From an uncultured Lachnospiraceae bacterium (lineage in GTDB: Bacteria > Bacillota > Clostridia > Lachnospirales > Lachnospiraceae), in assembly GCA_905235545.1 (NCBI GenBank), contig CAJOMI010000001.1, forward strand, positions 1-63,745: 63,745 nucleotides of DNA, given 5' to 3'. Made by a program: the position numbers and the translations under genes. Shown here piece after piece: positions 18,680 to 27,660 of this stretch (its first letter is position 1; every line of letters begins with the position of its first letter). Under the pieces are notes generated by a model. The model had not been told where the DNA came from. It worked only from the letters and a program-made list of their open reading frames with translations, and made no database searches.

Positions 18680-19417
18680 TTGGAAAATGGCGCTGTAATA
18701 AGGTACAGGCTGGATTTGCTGATCCGGCTCACAGACACGACCACGGGACAAGCCGTAACCTCACAGAGTGCAATGTTTCGAAGAGACGGAAAGTTGATGC
18801 CTTCCAGACTGAAGGGAGATGGCAATTATATCTTTGTAGATATTGGAAGAGAAAACTCTCTGATACAACTTACCGTTCCGGGATATGACGCACTGGAATT
18901 CTCAGTAGATTACGAAGAACTTGACGAGAACATGCCTTCCATAGATTTATTCCTGATACCGTCAGAGAATACAGAATCCATACTGACTCTTTCAGGGAAG
19001 ATGCGAGGCTTGACGGCAGTCGAGGCGGTGCAGCTTGGCAAACCGGTTTGCAGCATTAATGAATTTGATCCAAAGGGGAACCGGGTATCGCTCTTTTTGC
19101 CTAATCGGCAGATGAATATGGAGGGCGGTCATTATGGGCTCTTACATGGAGAGAAGGACTACGAACATTTTGTAGTCGAGGAGCAACCGAATCAATCAAC
19201 GGTTAAGCTCAAAGATCAATTAAAAGATGATTTTTCTGTCGGAAGCGGAATCGCCCGGGTGATTTTCGGGCGGGTAGGTGAAAAAGGCAATTATGTTTTG
19301 AGAGTCCGCAATACGGCAGAGCACCCCAGGTATCTGGTGCGTTATACCACAGATCAGAGTGTGAAATACCGGGTGTATGACTTTGGCGGTGATGAACCGG
19401 CCGAAGAAAAATCATAA
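18680..19417 (+). CDS. CIS-associated hypothetical protein, 245 aa, possible carboxypeptidase-regulatory-like beta-sandwich
   Basis: TTG start 4 nt after the previous stop, with GGAGGGAG upstream. LTDTTTGQAVTS…GDGNYIFVDIGRENSLIQLTVPGYD resembles the CarboxypepD_reg pattern. Weak call. Confidence 0.35.
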   Translation: MENGAVIRYRLDLLIRLTDTTTGQAVTSQSAMFRRDGKLMPSRLKGDGNYIFVDIGRENSLIQLTVPGYDALEFSVDYEELDENMPSIDLFLIPSENTESILTLSGKMRGLTAVEAVQLGKPVCSINEFDPKGNRVSLFLPNRQMNMEGGHYGLLHGEKDYEHFVVEEQPNQSTVKLKDQLKDDFSVGSGIARVIFGRVGEKGNYVLRVRNTAEHPRYLVRYTTDQSVKYRVYDFGGDEPAEEKS

Positions 19418-19429
19418 GAGGAGGAACCT

Positions 19430-19819
19430 ATGGGACAGATTGTGACAACAGGAGCAACGCTTATATGCAGTATGGGACTTGGCACATCTACATTGAATGT
19501 CACCAGCCAGCAGACGACACTTTCCGATGGAAAGCCGGTGGCGACAATAGGGGATGCAATGGCGATGACCAATATAGCTCCATTTGGTATGTGTACGTCA
19601 ATGGCAAACCCGCAGGTAGCGGCAGCTACGGCAGCAGCGATGGGAGTACTCACACCGCAACCGTGTATTCCACAGACGACAGGTTCGTGGATTCCAAGTC
19701 AGTCCAAGGTGCTTGCAGGCGGAAAACCCTGCCTCACAAATGATTGCAAATTGGCATGTGCATATGCGGGGAATATAAGCATTACCATGCCGGGACAATT
19801 AATTTCAAGTGTAAACTAA
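19430..19819 (+). CDS. DUF4280 PAAR-like spike-tip protein
   Basis: GATLICSMGLGTSTLNV…NIAPFGMCTSMANPQVAAATAAAMGVLTPQPCIP…W…GGKPCLTNDCKLACAYAGNISI is the DUF4280 signature. Confidence 0.75.
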   Translation: MGQIVTTGATLICSMGLGTSTLNVTSQQTTLSDGKPVATIGDAMAMTNIAPFGMCTSMANPQVAAATAAAMGVLTPQPCIPQTTGSWIPSQSKVLAGGKPCLTNDCKLACAYAGNISITMPGQLISSVN

Positions 19820-19837
19820 TTTGAAAGGAGAAAACGA

Positions 19838-21553
19838 ATGGCTGAATATTTTTCACCGGGGGTTTATGTTGAGGAGTACGACAACACTCCTCGTAGCATA
19901 GAGGGTGTAGGAACCAGCACCGCAGGCTTTGTAGGCTTTGCAGAAAAGGGTGCAACAACCGGAGCACCTGCCCTTGTAACAAATTTTAGAAGTTTTACCA
20001 AACAATTTGGAGGTTTTTTATCCGAATACACACACGGAGAATATCGTTTTCTTGCAAACAGTGTTGAGCAGTTCTTCGCAAACGGAGGAACTCGCTGTTA
20101 TGTAAGTCGTGTCGTACCGCCGGATGCAGTCAGTGCAAAGAAGAAGATGGGTATCCTCACGGTAACCGCAGCAAATGAGGGTAAGTGGGGTAATCGGATT
20201 CAAATTTCTTTGAACACAGTGACAAAACGTAAGATGCAGTTGATCGCCAAATCAGGAGACACATCCTATGTGGCAAAGGCCGTGGATGGATTCCGTGAGG
20301 GAGATGTGGTAACGATCAATGGAGAGTATAATCGCATCGCTGCAATCTATGATACAACCGTAACCTTTGAGAACAAATTCAAGGCAGATGTGGTTGATGA
20401 GTCGGTTATACCGCAGAAAGTTTTATATCTTGTAGCATTTAATGCACAGATTCGTTTTAACGATGATGTAGAGAATTACAGTGATCTTTCACTTAATGTA
20501 ACATCTCCGAATTATGTGGTTTCAAGATTGGCAGCAAGTGAACTTGTGAAGGTTGAGGCTTCACAGACCAAGGAAATCGGTAATCCGGTTGCAGCCATCC
20601 TTGGAAAGGGTGTTACGGATGGTATGTTCACACTGGAGGGAGGAAATGACGGTTCTATGAACAAAGTCAATGCCGGAACCTTTATCGGTGTGGATGATGG
20701 TCCGGGTAAACGAACCGGCCTTCAGGCTTTCTTAGAGAACGATGTAGTAAGCATGATGGCAATTCCGGGTGTAACCATTCCGGAAGTAGTCGCTGCACTC
20801 GTGGCACATTGTGAGAACTCAAGAAGCCGCTTCGCAGTGATCGATATGCCTGGAAACGCATACAAGACAGACGAATTGATCCAGTACAGAAGTATGATCG
20901 ATTCAACATATGCTGCCATGTATCATCCTTGGATTCAGGTATATGACAGAGGATCAAACAAACCTGACTTTATACCTCCTTCAGGAGCTGTCATGGGTGT
21001 TTATTCAAGAACAGACATCAATCGTGGTGTACATAAGGCTCCGGCGAATGAAACCGTATTCTGTTCCGGTCTTAAGGTGAATTACACCAAGGAAGAGCAG
21101 GATATCCTGAATCCGGAAGGCGTTAACCTGATCCGTAATATTCCGGGACAGGGCATTCGAATCTGGGGTGCCAGAACAGCGAGCAGTAACAGTGCATTTA
21201 AGTATGTCAATGTAAGACGACTCTTTATCTATGTGGAAGAGAGCATTCGTGCCAATACAAGCTGGGTTGTATTTGAACCGAATGATCCGACCCTTTGGCA
21301 GAGAGTAAGCCTTACGATCAGCTCCTTCTTAGATGGCATGTGGCGTTCCGGTCAGCTTTCCGGTTCATCGCCTTCAGAGGCATATTTTGTGGAAATCGGA
21401 CCGCAGACCATGAGTCGTGACGATATATTGAGCGGCAGATTGATCTGTAATATCGGAATTGCACCGTCAAGACCGGCAGAGTTTGTAATCTTCCGTGTAA
21501 CACAGCACACTGCAGAGGCAGGAGGTACTACAGAGGAGACGACAGAAGGTTAA
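19838..21553 (+). CDS. contractile tail sheath protein
   Basis: The N-terminus MAEYFSPGVYVEEYDNTPRSIEGVGTSTAGFVGFAEKG and the C-terminal GVNLIRNIPGQGIRIWGARTAS…YVNVRRLFIYVEESI are classic sheath motifs. Confidence 0.9.
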   Translation: MAEYFSPGVYVEEYDNTPRSIEGVGTSTAGFVGFAEKGATTGAPALVTNFRSFTKQFGGFLSEYTHGEYRFLANSVEQFFANGGTRCYVSRVVPPDAVSAKKKMGILTVTAANEGKWGNRIQISLNTVTKRKMQLIAKSGDTSYVAKAVDGFREGDVVTINGEYNRIAAIYDTTVTFENKFKADVVDESVIPQKVLYLVAFNAQIRFNDDVENYSDLSLNVTSPNYVVSRLAASELVKVEASQTKEIGNPVAAILGKGVTDGMFTLEGGNDGSMNKVNAGTFIGVDDGPGKRTGLQAFLENDVVSMMAIPGVTIPEVVAALVAHCENSRSRFAVIDMPGNAYKTDELIQYRSMIDSTYAAMYHPWIQVYDRGSNKPDFIPPSGAVMGVYSRTDINRGVHKAPANETVFCSGLKVNYTKEEQDILNPEGVNLIRNIPGQGIRIWGARTASSNSAFKYVNVRRLFIYVEESIRANTSWVVFEPNDPTLWQRVSLTISSFLDGMWRSGQLSGSSPSEAYFVEIGPQTMSRDDILSGRLICNIGIAPSRPAEFVIFRVTQHTAEAGGTTEETTEG

Positions 21554-21632
21554 TAAAACAGCAGATGAGAACAATGTCGTATAAGACAGATACAACACGC
21601 AAAGCATTGAATTAGAAAAAGGAGAATAAGTT

Positions 21633-22133
21633 ATGGCAGATAATCCATATCAGAACAGTAAGGGGCTTGCATATCCCTTAACCAAGATGAACTTCAAGGT
21701 AAGTGTGGCAAATGTAGAGGGTACAGCTGCATTTTCCCAGGTAACAGGCATTGAGGCAAGTGTTGATGTTATCGAGTTCCGTCAAGGCAATGCAAACTCA
21801 TTGGCACCGGTAAAGATTCCGGGACTGGTAAAGCATGGCAATGTAACACTTCGTTTTGGCTATACATTAGACAGTGCTTTTAAGACCTGGATTCAGGAGT
21901 GTGTGAGTGAGACACGTGGTCAGATACCGAGAAATGATGTACAGATTGAACTTGTGGATATCAACGGTGGAGCACCACAACAGCTGGCAACAGCAATTAC
22001 AGGTACCCGTGTTTGGCTGCTGACTAACGCATGGGTTACCAAGTACACGGCTCCGGAGCTTGATGCAAAGACGAGTGATGTCGCAATCGAATCCGTAGAG
22101 CTTGCGTATGAGGAGCTTATCATCCCGAACTAG
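21633..22133 (+). CDS. tail tube protein (T4 gp19-like / Afp1-like)
   Basis: YPLTKMNFKVSVANVEGTAAFSQVTGIEASVDVIEFRQGN… matches the phage tail tube family. It lies directly downstream of the sheath gene. Confidence 0.85.
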   Translation: MADNPYQNSKGLAYPLTKMNFKVSVANVEGTAAFSQVTGIEASVDVIEFRQGNANSLAPVKIPGLVKHGNVTLRFGYTLDSAFKTWIQECVSETRGQIPRNDVQIELVDINGGAPQQLATAITGTRVWLLTNAWVTKYTAPELDAKTSDVAIESVELAYEELIIPN

Positions 22134-22248
22134 AATCTGAAATAGTAATCGAAGCATTCAAAAAGATAACAGTTCATCTTAATGTTCCGCGAAAAAGCGG
22201 GATATTAAGGTGGACTTTATCTGCATTATATATGTTGAGGAGAATAGA

Positions 22249-22611
22249 ATGGAAACAGTATATGAATTTACCCTTCCAAAGGGATACATTGATGCAAATG
22301 GAGATATTCACAGAAATGGCAAGATGCGTCTGGCAACGGCAGGTGATGAGATCAGTGCGACGAGAGACCCGAGAGTATTGTCCAATCCGTCGTATCTTAC
22401 GATTGTAATTTTATCAAGAGTTGTTACGGAGTTAGAGGGCGTGCAGACCATAAGTGCTACATTGATCGAGCGGTTATTTACTGCGGATCTGGCTTTCCTG
22501 CAGGACATGTACCAGAGAATTAATGATATTGAGCCGCCGACTATGCAGGTGGTGTGTCCGGATTGTGGAAAGACATTTGAGGTACCGCTAAATTTTACCA
22601 TCGGGGAATAA
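22249..22611 (+). CDS. tail assembly chaperone-like protein with C-terminal zinc-ribbon (alternative GTG start 22210)
   Basis: ATG 22249 follows a GAGGAG RBS. It holds the conserved position after the tube gene and carries CPDCGKTF near the C-terminus. Confidence 0.55.
   Translation: METVYEFTLPKGYIDANGDIHRNGKMRLATAGDEISATRDPRVLSNPSYLTIVILSRVVTELEGVQTISATLIERLFTADLAFLQDMYQRINDIEPPTMQVVCPDCGKTFEVPLNFTIGE
22590..22596 (+). other. candidate -1 programmed frameshift heptamer A_AAT_TTT
   Basis: In the zero frame this reads cta AAT TTT, an X_XXY_YYZ pattern. The -1 frame is open from 22581 and continuous with the downstream 22614-22817 ORF. Confidence 0.35.
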
Positions 22612-22613
22612 GT

Positions 22614-22817
22614 TTGTATCCGGAGGATGAATTATATCGGGAGATGGCCTTTATCTCATACTATTTCCATTGGAGTGAACGGGAAGTTATGCAGATGGAA
22701 CATGGTGAGCGCAGACGCTGGTGTAATCAGATATCTTCCATCAATCAGAGCTTAAACCCCGCAGACAACAGAAAAGAAAAGAGTATTTTGGATATGAAAC
22801 CTACGAATGTGAGGTAA
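22614..22817 (+). CDS. small CIS protein, DUF6760-like (possibly also expressed as a -1 frameshift extension of the chaperone)
   Basis: MAFISYYFHWSEREVMQMEHGERRRWCNQISSIN matches the short conserved eCIS protein pattern. TTG start with GGGGA upstream. Confidence 0.55.
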   Translation: MYPEDELYREMAFISYYFHWSEREVMQMEHGERRRWCNQISSINQSLNPADNRKEKSILDMKPTNVR

Positions 22818-22821
22818 GAAT

Positions 22822-24183
22822 ATGGCAGATTTGATTGATACATCCGGAAATTTAAAAACGAGAACGAATATGACGCAACCTTCGGTTAATTTCAATTTTA
22901 TGTTGAGGATCGAAGCTGCTTTTGATGTTCCTTGCAAGTCGGTTCGAGTGATTCGTAAGGAGAATGAATATGACTATATACAGGAGGGCGGCGTAAATGA
23001 TTTTGTGCATATGATACGTAAGCCGATCACAAAGCCCTTCACACTTCAGATAGAGCGCTATGTGGGAGATCAGTTCTATGATCCGCTCTCCCTCGGAACC
23101 AAGCTTTTGTTGCCGGTATTCCTTAATGTGGGACGATACCTGGAACCGGCATTCTTTTTGCCGGACAGGCAGTATATTTTTACCGGCTGTGAAGTTATGA
23201 GTAAGGAGTACGGTGAACTGAATGCGGAGCGGAGCGGTTTGCTGACCGAGACGACCACCATAGCATTTTCAAGAATGTTTACAATAGACAGTCCCTTTGA
23301 CGGAGAAAAAAATACCTGGGCATTTGACGGTTACAAGAAGGACGGAAACGGAGAGGGACACAGAAAGAAAGATATGGAACCTTATGAACGTACCAAGGAT
23401 GAAATGGCAAGTCGCACCCAGAAATGGAGTATGGCAGAGAGACATGGAAACCTGGCAGGAGAAACGTCCGTAAGTTCCCGCCAGAATTTTAACTATAATA
23501 ATCTTTTGGATATGAGCAAAGAGGATATGGCGAATAAAGCTGTCCGTTGGGAATTTAATGAGAATAAGACAGAGGGGAATGGAAAAACGTCTGCCGACAC
23601 ACCGATAACCAGAAGTCTGCAAAGGGACGGGACAAATACACAGAAAGAGATGGCCCAAAGGGCGCTTGCGTGGGAATTTGACACAAAACAGAACTTTGGA
23701 GGCAAAGGAAATTCCGCCCGCGCCAATGTAGTGGAGGTAAAGGATCGTAACGGAGCTGTTGTTGGAAAAGCCGGACATGGAATTGTGGAAGAACGGGCCA
23801 ATACTATGGCTGAGCACGCAGCACTGTGGGAGATTGATACCAAAGACAATCCGAGCGGCAAGGGCGTAAGCTCCCGTCAGGGTGGAAAGACGACGATAGA
23901 TGAGAATGGAAATGCGGAATCCACGGGAGTCGGACTTCAAGTGGGAGATAAAAAGTCATTTGCACAGAATGCCAGTCATTGGGCGTTTGACGAGAAAAAG
24001 ACGGAAGGAAACGGAGTTAAGAATCGTGCAAATTACAGTGAGACTACAGATAAAAACGGGGAAAAGACAGCTTCCGGCATAGGTGTCAGAGAGTTAAGCC
24101 GTGAGGAGATGGTGGCCAAAGCAAATCTATGGCCGGGTGCGAAAAGCGCAAAGACGATGGCGGATTTTTTATCGAATATGTAA
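22822..24183 (+). CDS. second tube-domain protein (Afp5-like) fused to a ~290-aa W-x-F-D repeat extension
   Basis: The N-terminal ~155 aa (VNFNFMLRIEAAFDVPCKSVRVIRKENEYDYIQEGG…FTLQIERYV) is tube-like. Seven repeats of …EMA-x-[KR]A-x-x-W-x-F-[DN]-x-K-x-x-G-x-G follow. Confidence 0.65.
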   Translation: MADLIDTSGNLKTRTNMTQPSVNFNFMLRIEAAFDVPCKSVRVIRKENEYDYIQEGGVNDFVHMIRKPITKPFTLQIERYVGDQFYDPLSLGTKLLLPVFLNVGRYLEPAFFLPDRQYIFTGCEVMSKEYGELNAERSGLLTETTTIAFSRMFTIDSPFDGEKNTWAFDGYKKDGNGEGHRKKDMEPYERTKDEMASRTQKWSMAERHGNLAGETSVSSRQNFNYNNLLDMSKEDMANKAVRWEFNENKTEGNGKTSADTPITRSLQRDGTNTQKEMAQRALAWEFDTKQNFGGKGNSARANVVEVKDRNGAVVGKAGHGIVEERANTMAEHAALWEIDTKDNPSGKGVSSRQGGKTTIDENGNAESTGVGLQVGDKKSFAQNASHWAFDEKKTEGNGVKNRANYSETTDKNGEKTASGIGVRELSREEMVAKANLWPGAKSAKTMADFLSNM

Positions 24184-24187
24184 GTGA

Positions 24188-26728
24188 GTGGGGATTATGT
24201 TAAAGATTAAGGCACCAATTGAGATAAAATGTAATACAGATGTTACCTCTGTGGGAGATTCCTTTGGGGAACGCATTCGCAGCAATTACGGCGTTATGGG
24301 CGCCGGACTTACCGGCGAAGAACTGATGCATTTGGTCAGCCGCCCACCGGAGATCTATCTCGGTGAGGGCGGAATTACCAATCTGGTAAGTGAATCCAAC
24401 ATAGAGAATCGTCAGTACAACAAGGTTGAGATCGTGAATAATTTTCTGAATCGTGTTCTGGTGAATGCGGACGCAAATCTTACCTATCAGGACAGAGTTT
24501 TTATCACCAATGTACTCAACCAGTTGGGAATCAAAGATGAGCGCCATTTCATGCAACAGGTGGAGCAGATTAAACAGGAGATCAATAACACAGAGGAATT
24601 GGTAAATCTTTACTGGAATAATCTCTACCAGCTGGAGAGTCTGGTGAATCATTACCGTGAGGGAGACTCCGATACTACCAATATAGAGGAAGGAAATACG
24701 AATACGACGGAGCTTCACCTCCATGAGAATATCATGAACCGGTTGATGACAGGCGCAATCTATCAGATTGTGGAAAACTTCAGCAATCATACTGCCGGAG
24801 ATACGGTGATAACCGGTGAAGAATATCAGATATCGGAGCAGAATCGAATGACGCAGAACATTCTTCTGAATCGGCTTCAGAATGTAGTACGCCATGAAGA
24901 GGCTCCATTAACTTTCAGGCATGAGAATATATTTGAAGAGACGATAGGAGGTGATACGGAGATTACCGAAGAAACGGTAAATACGCAGGTCAACTCCGCT
25001 GTTCTTCTGAATTTGATTGACAATATATATCAGAGCCGCCATGAGAGTTTTAAAAAGGGCGGAGACAAACTATATCACATGGAAAGCACCTTCTATGAAG
25101 GAGCGGATAATACGATCAAGCGGATTACGCATAATGTGGAGCAGAATTTTGTGTATGCGAACAATGTGATACACACAGAGGAACGAGTGGAACAGTTAGG
25201 GGATGAGATTGATATCATCAATCATATACTCTCCGAGAGTTACACGGAACAGTTGAGGGCATTGACAGATGCGGATTATCGTCAATACAGAAGCACCAGT
25301 TACAGAGGTGGTGATGTAAGAAATGTTTCAACCACTAATATTAATCATTCCGAGAGCGGAGATATCGTAAGGCAGGGGGATACGATTCAAAATCTGGAGG
25401 ATCAGGTTCACTTTGGAGACCATATCACGAAGGAAGAGAATCTCATTCTTTATAGGGAAGGTGACAGTATCCGGATTGATGATGCCACCACAGAGATTGA
25501 AAACATCAACAGGGAACTTTCACTGATCAATGAGCATAATATGGTCCGCAATGAGGAGTATCAAAGGAATCTGACACGTATCACGCAGGAGATGCAGCAG
25601 CCATCCGGTTCGGGTGAAAGAACACCATCGGATCCGAATCGTCCGGAAACCCGTGAGCGTACGACGCTGATCTATGAGGAGCATCAGGGAGAAAAAATGG
25701 ACGGGGAGAATGCGGATGTCACAGTGATCCATGAGCACAACATTGCTCAGAACGAGGAATATTACCGAAATTTGACGCACATCACGCAGGAGATGCAACA
25801 GTCACCTGTTTCGGGAGAGAGGAAACCATCGGATCCGAATCATCCGGAAACCCGTGAGCACACGACCTTGATTTACGCAGATCAAACCTCCGGAGAAACT
25901 TCCGGGGAGAAGATGGATGTCACGGTTCACAATGAGCAGAATATAACACGGAACGAGGAGCTTTATCAGAATCTGACCCGTGTTACAAACGAGTTTAGCA
26001 AGTTGTCGGCTGAGAACGTAAGACACAGAGCTGTTGCCGACAGCCTCAAAGCACTGGAGAATCCGACGTTGTTCTTAAAGGAGGTTCGTGCGGAGGAGGC
26101 TGCCAGACAGAATTTGGAGGAAATTCGTCAGAATGCTATGCTGGAAGCGCTTCCGCCAAGGGAGAGAGAGACGACGAGACTTTTGAAAGAATATCTTGAA
26201 CGTCCGGAGGTCTTTCGTGACAGAAAAGTGGTTACGGAGAATAATCTGACACAGTTTATGGCGGATATCAACCGTGTGGAGAGGGAAAACCGGATACGGG
26301 AAGAGAGAGAGACGACCGAGCAAAGAGAAAGAGAGACCGTTACCGAGATTGTCACCGAGACGGTACGGGAGATGAAACAGAGTAAACCTGAGATCAAAGT
26401 GGAGGAGAGACCGGCCAAAGAGATCTCACTGGTACATAAGTCACAGGAAACACTGGTCAATGAAGAGATAATCGACGAGATTGTAGCACAGAATTACAGA
26501 ATTGAACGACAGAATGAGCGGATTGACACATTTATAACCAATAACCGGACAGAGACTAAGACGGTTGTGAACAATGTGGAGCATAACAACATAGTGGAAC
26601 AACAGCATCAGGATGTAACGGAGGCGGTAAAGCAAAGTATTCAGGGACAGATGGATACCATAACCGATAAAGTATACAATAAATTATCCAAGAGACTGGC
26701 AAACGAGAAGATAAGAAGAGGGTTATAG
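24188..26728 (+). CDS. tape-measure-like / tail length determinant candidate, 846 aa (GTG 24188 or ATG 24197)
   Basis: Long, charged, helical, repeat-bearing protein between the tube genes and the tube-initiator genes. No enzymatic motifs seen. Role inferred from position and composition. Confidence 0.45.
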   Translation: MGIMLKIKAPIEIKCNTDVTSVGDSFGERIRSNYGVMGAGLTGEELMHLVSRPPEIYLGEGGITNLVSESNIENRQYNKVEIVNNFLNRVLVNADANLTYQDRVFITNVLNQLGIKDERHFMQQVEQIKQEINNTEELVNLYWNNLYQLESLVNHYREGDSDTTNIEEGNTNTTELHLHENIMNRLMTGAIYQIVENFSNHTAGDTVITGEEYQISEQNRMTQNILLNRLQNVVRHEEAPLTFRHENIFEETIGGDTEITEETVNTQVNSAVLLNLIDNIYQSRHESFKKGGDKLYHMESTFYEGADNTIKRITHNVEQNFVYANNVIHTEERVEQLGDEIDIINHILSESYTEQLRALTDADYRQYRSTSYRGGDVRNVSTTNINHSESGDIVRQGDTIQNLEDQVHFGDHITKEENLILYREGDSIRIDDATTEIENINRELSLINEHNMVRNEEYQRNLTRITQEMQQPSGSGERTPSDPNRPETRERTTLIYEEHQGEKMDGENADVTVIHEHNIAQNEEYYRNLTHITQEMQQSPVSGERKPSDPNHPETREHTTLIYADQTSGETSGEKMDVTVHNEQNITRNEELYQNLTRVTNEFSKLSAENVRHRAVADSLKALENPTLFLKEVRAEEAARQNLEEIRQNAMLEALPPRERETTRLLKEYLERPEVFRDRKVVTENNLTQFMADINRVERENRIREERETTEQRERETVTEIVTETVREMKQSKPEIKVEERPAKEISLVHKSQETLVNEEIIDEIVAQNYRIERQNERIDTFITNNRTETKTVVNNVEHNNIVEQQHQDVTEAVKQSIQGQMDTITDKVYNKLSKRLANEKIRRGL
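25526..26000 (+). repeat. imperfect in-frame tandem repeat, period ~198-201 bp, 2.4 copies, inside the tape-measure-like gene
   Basis: ATCAATGAGCATAAT… (25526), ATCCATGAGCACAAC… (25727) and GTTCACAATGAGCAGAAT… (25925). Protein units: INEHNMVRNEEYQRNLTRITQEMQQPSGSGERTPSDPNRPETRERTTLIY / IHEHNIAQNEEYYRNLTHITQEMQQSPVSGERKPSDPNHPETREHTTLIY / VHNEQNITRNEELYQNLTRVTNEF. Confidence 0.8.
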
Positions 26729-26731
26729 CGT

Positions 26732-27595
26732 ATGAGTTTATTTGATAATCTCCAGGCGATAAATGGTGCAGTACCAAAGGCAATACTCTTTGTACAAAAG
26801 AGGAAGCTTAGTTATGAAAGTACTGAAAAGGCGACCAATATCAATAAGAATATTTCGGCGTTGAGAAATGTGACGAAGGCGGGTAAGTCAAGTTCTATAG
26901 CAAAGCGTATGGCAAAGATGAAACCCGGACAGGTCGTGGGCATAGGAACCATTGGAAGTAATCAGGTATCAAAGGCGCAGAGCGCAGATGAAGTGAATAT
27001 AGCTCTTGCACAGGAGAACTTTTTACGGTTTGAGGTACAGTATAATCCAAACACCATTTCAACAAGGACCAGTGCAGGAAGACATAATGATTATCGTGCC
27101 ATGGGCGATTCCGGTAACAGGCAGTTGAATACGATAAATCGTGTGCCGAACACTTATCTGGATGTGCAGCTTGTGTTTGAGGATATCAATGTGCAGGATG
27201 CGTTTATGACAGAGAATCTCAATCCTACGGTTGCAAATGCGGTTGATATGGTAGGGAATGTTATCCGTACGGTGAATAATGACAATCACAGTATTAAAGA
27301 TCAGGTGGAGGGGATACTTTCCCTGTTGATTACGGAGAATTCAAGAAGAGTTGTATTCTTCTGGTCAGAGATGTTTTTTCACGGAGTGGTCGAGTCCGTA
27401 CAGGCAACCTATACGATGTTCAATAAATTAGGAGATCCCATTAAGGCTACGGTCGATCTGACCATTCGTCAGGCTGCAGGTGGTGAAGCGTATAAATCAG
27501 ACATAGAATATTGGGATAAGGCATATAAACAGGTATTTCAGGAAAACGGTGCAGTGTCAAGCACAATGAAAAACATAAACCGGTTCTTTGGGTAG
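26732..27595 (+). CDS. CIS tube-initiator / baseplate-tube junction protein (CIS_tube-like, no LysM), paralogue 1
   Basis: FLRFEVQYNPNTISTRT… and …VVFFWSEMFFHGVVESVQATYTMFNKLGDPIKATVDLTI match the Afp7-type N-terminal tube fold pattern. Confidence 0.55.
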   Translation: MSLFDNLQAINGAVPKAILFVQKRKLSYESTEKATNINKNISALRNVTKAGKSSSIAKRMAKMKPGQVVGIGTIGSNQVSKAQSADEVNIALAQENFLRFEVQYNPNTISTRTSAGRHNDYRAMGDSGNRQLNTINRVPNTYLDVQLVFEDINVQDAFMTENLNPTVANAVDMVGNVIRTVNNDNHSIKDQVEGILSLLITENSRRVVFFWSEMFFHGVVESVQATYTMFNKLGDPIKATVDLTIRQAAGGEAYKSDIEYWDKAYKQVFQENGAVSSTMKNINRFFG

Positions 27596-27660
27596 AGAAT
27601 TTGTTAAAGTTGGACTGTCAGGGACAGAGTAAAGCTAAAGTATATGAGTAGGTGAAGCGT

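Noticed and set aside
22181-22200. Small hairpin TTCCGC-GAAAAA-GCGGGA after the tube gene, a possible attenuator setting the sheath/tube to downstream gene ratio.
   Set aside because: It has a 5-6 bp stem with a mismatch and only a weak T-rich tail, which is too weak to call.
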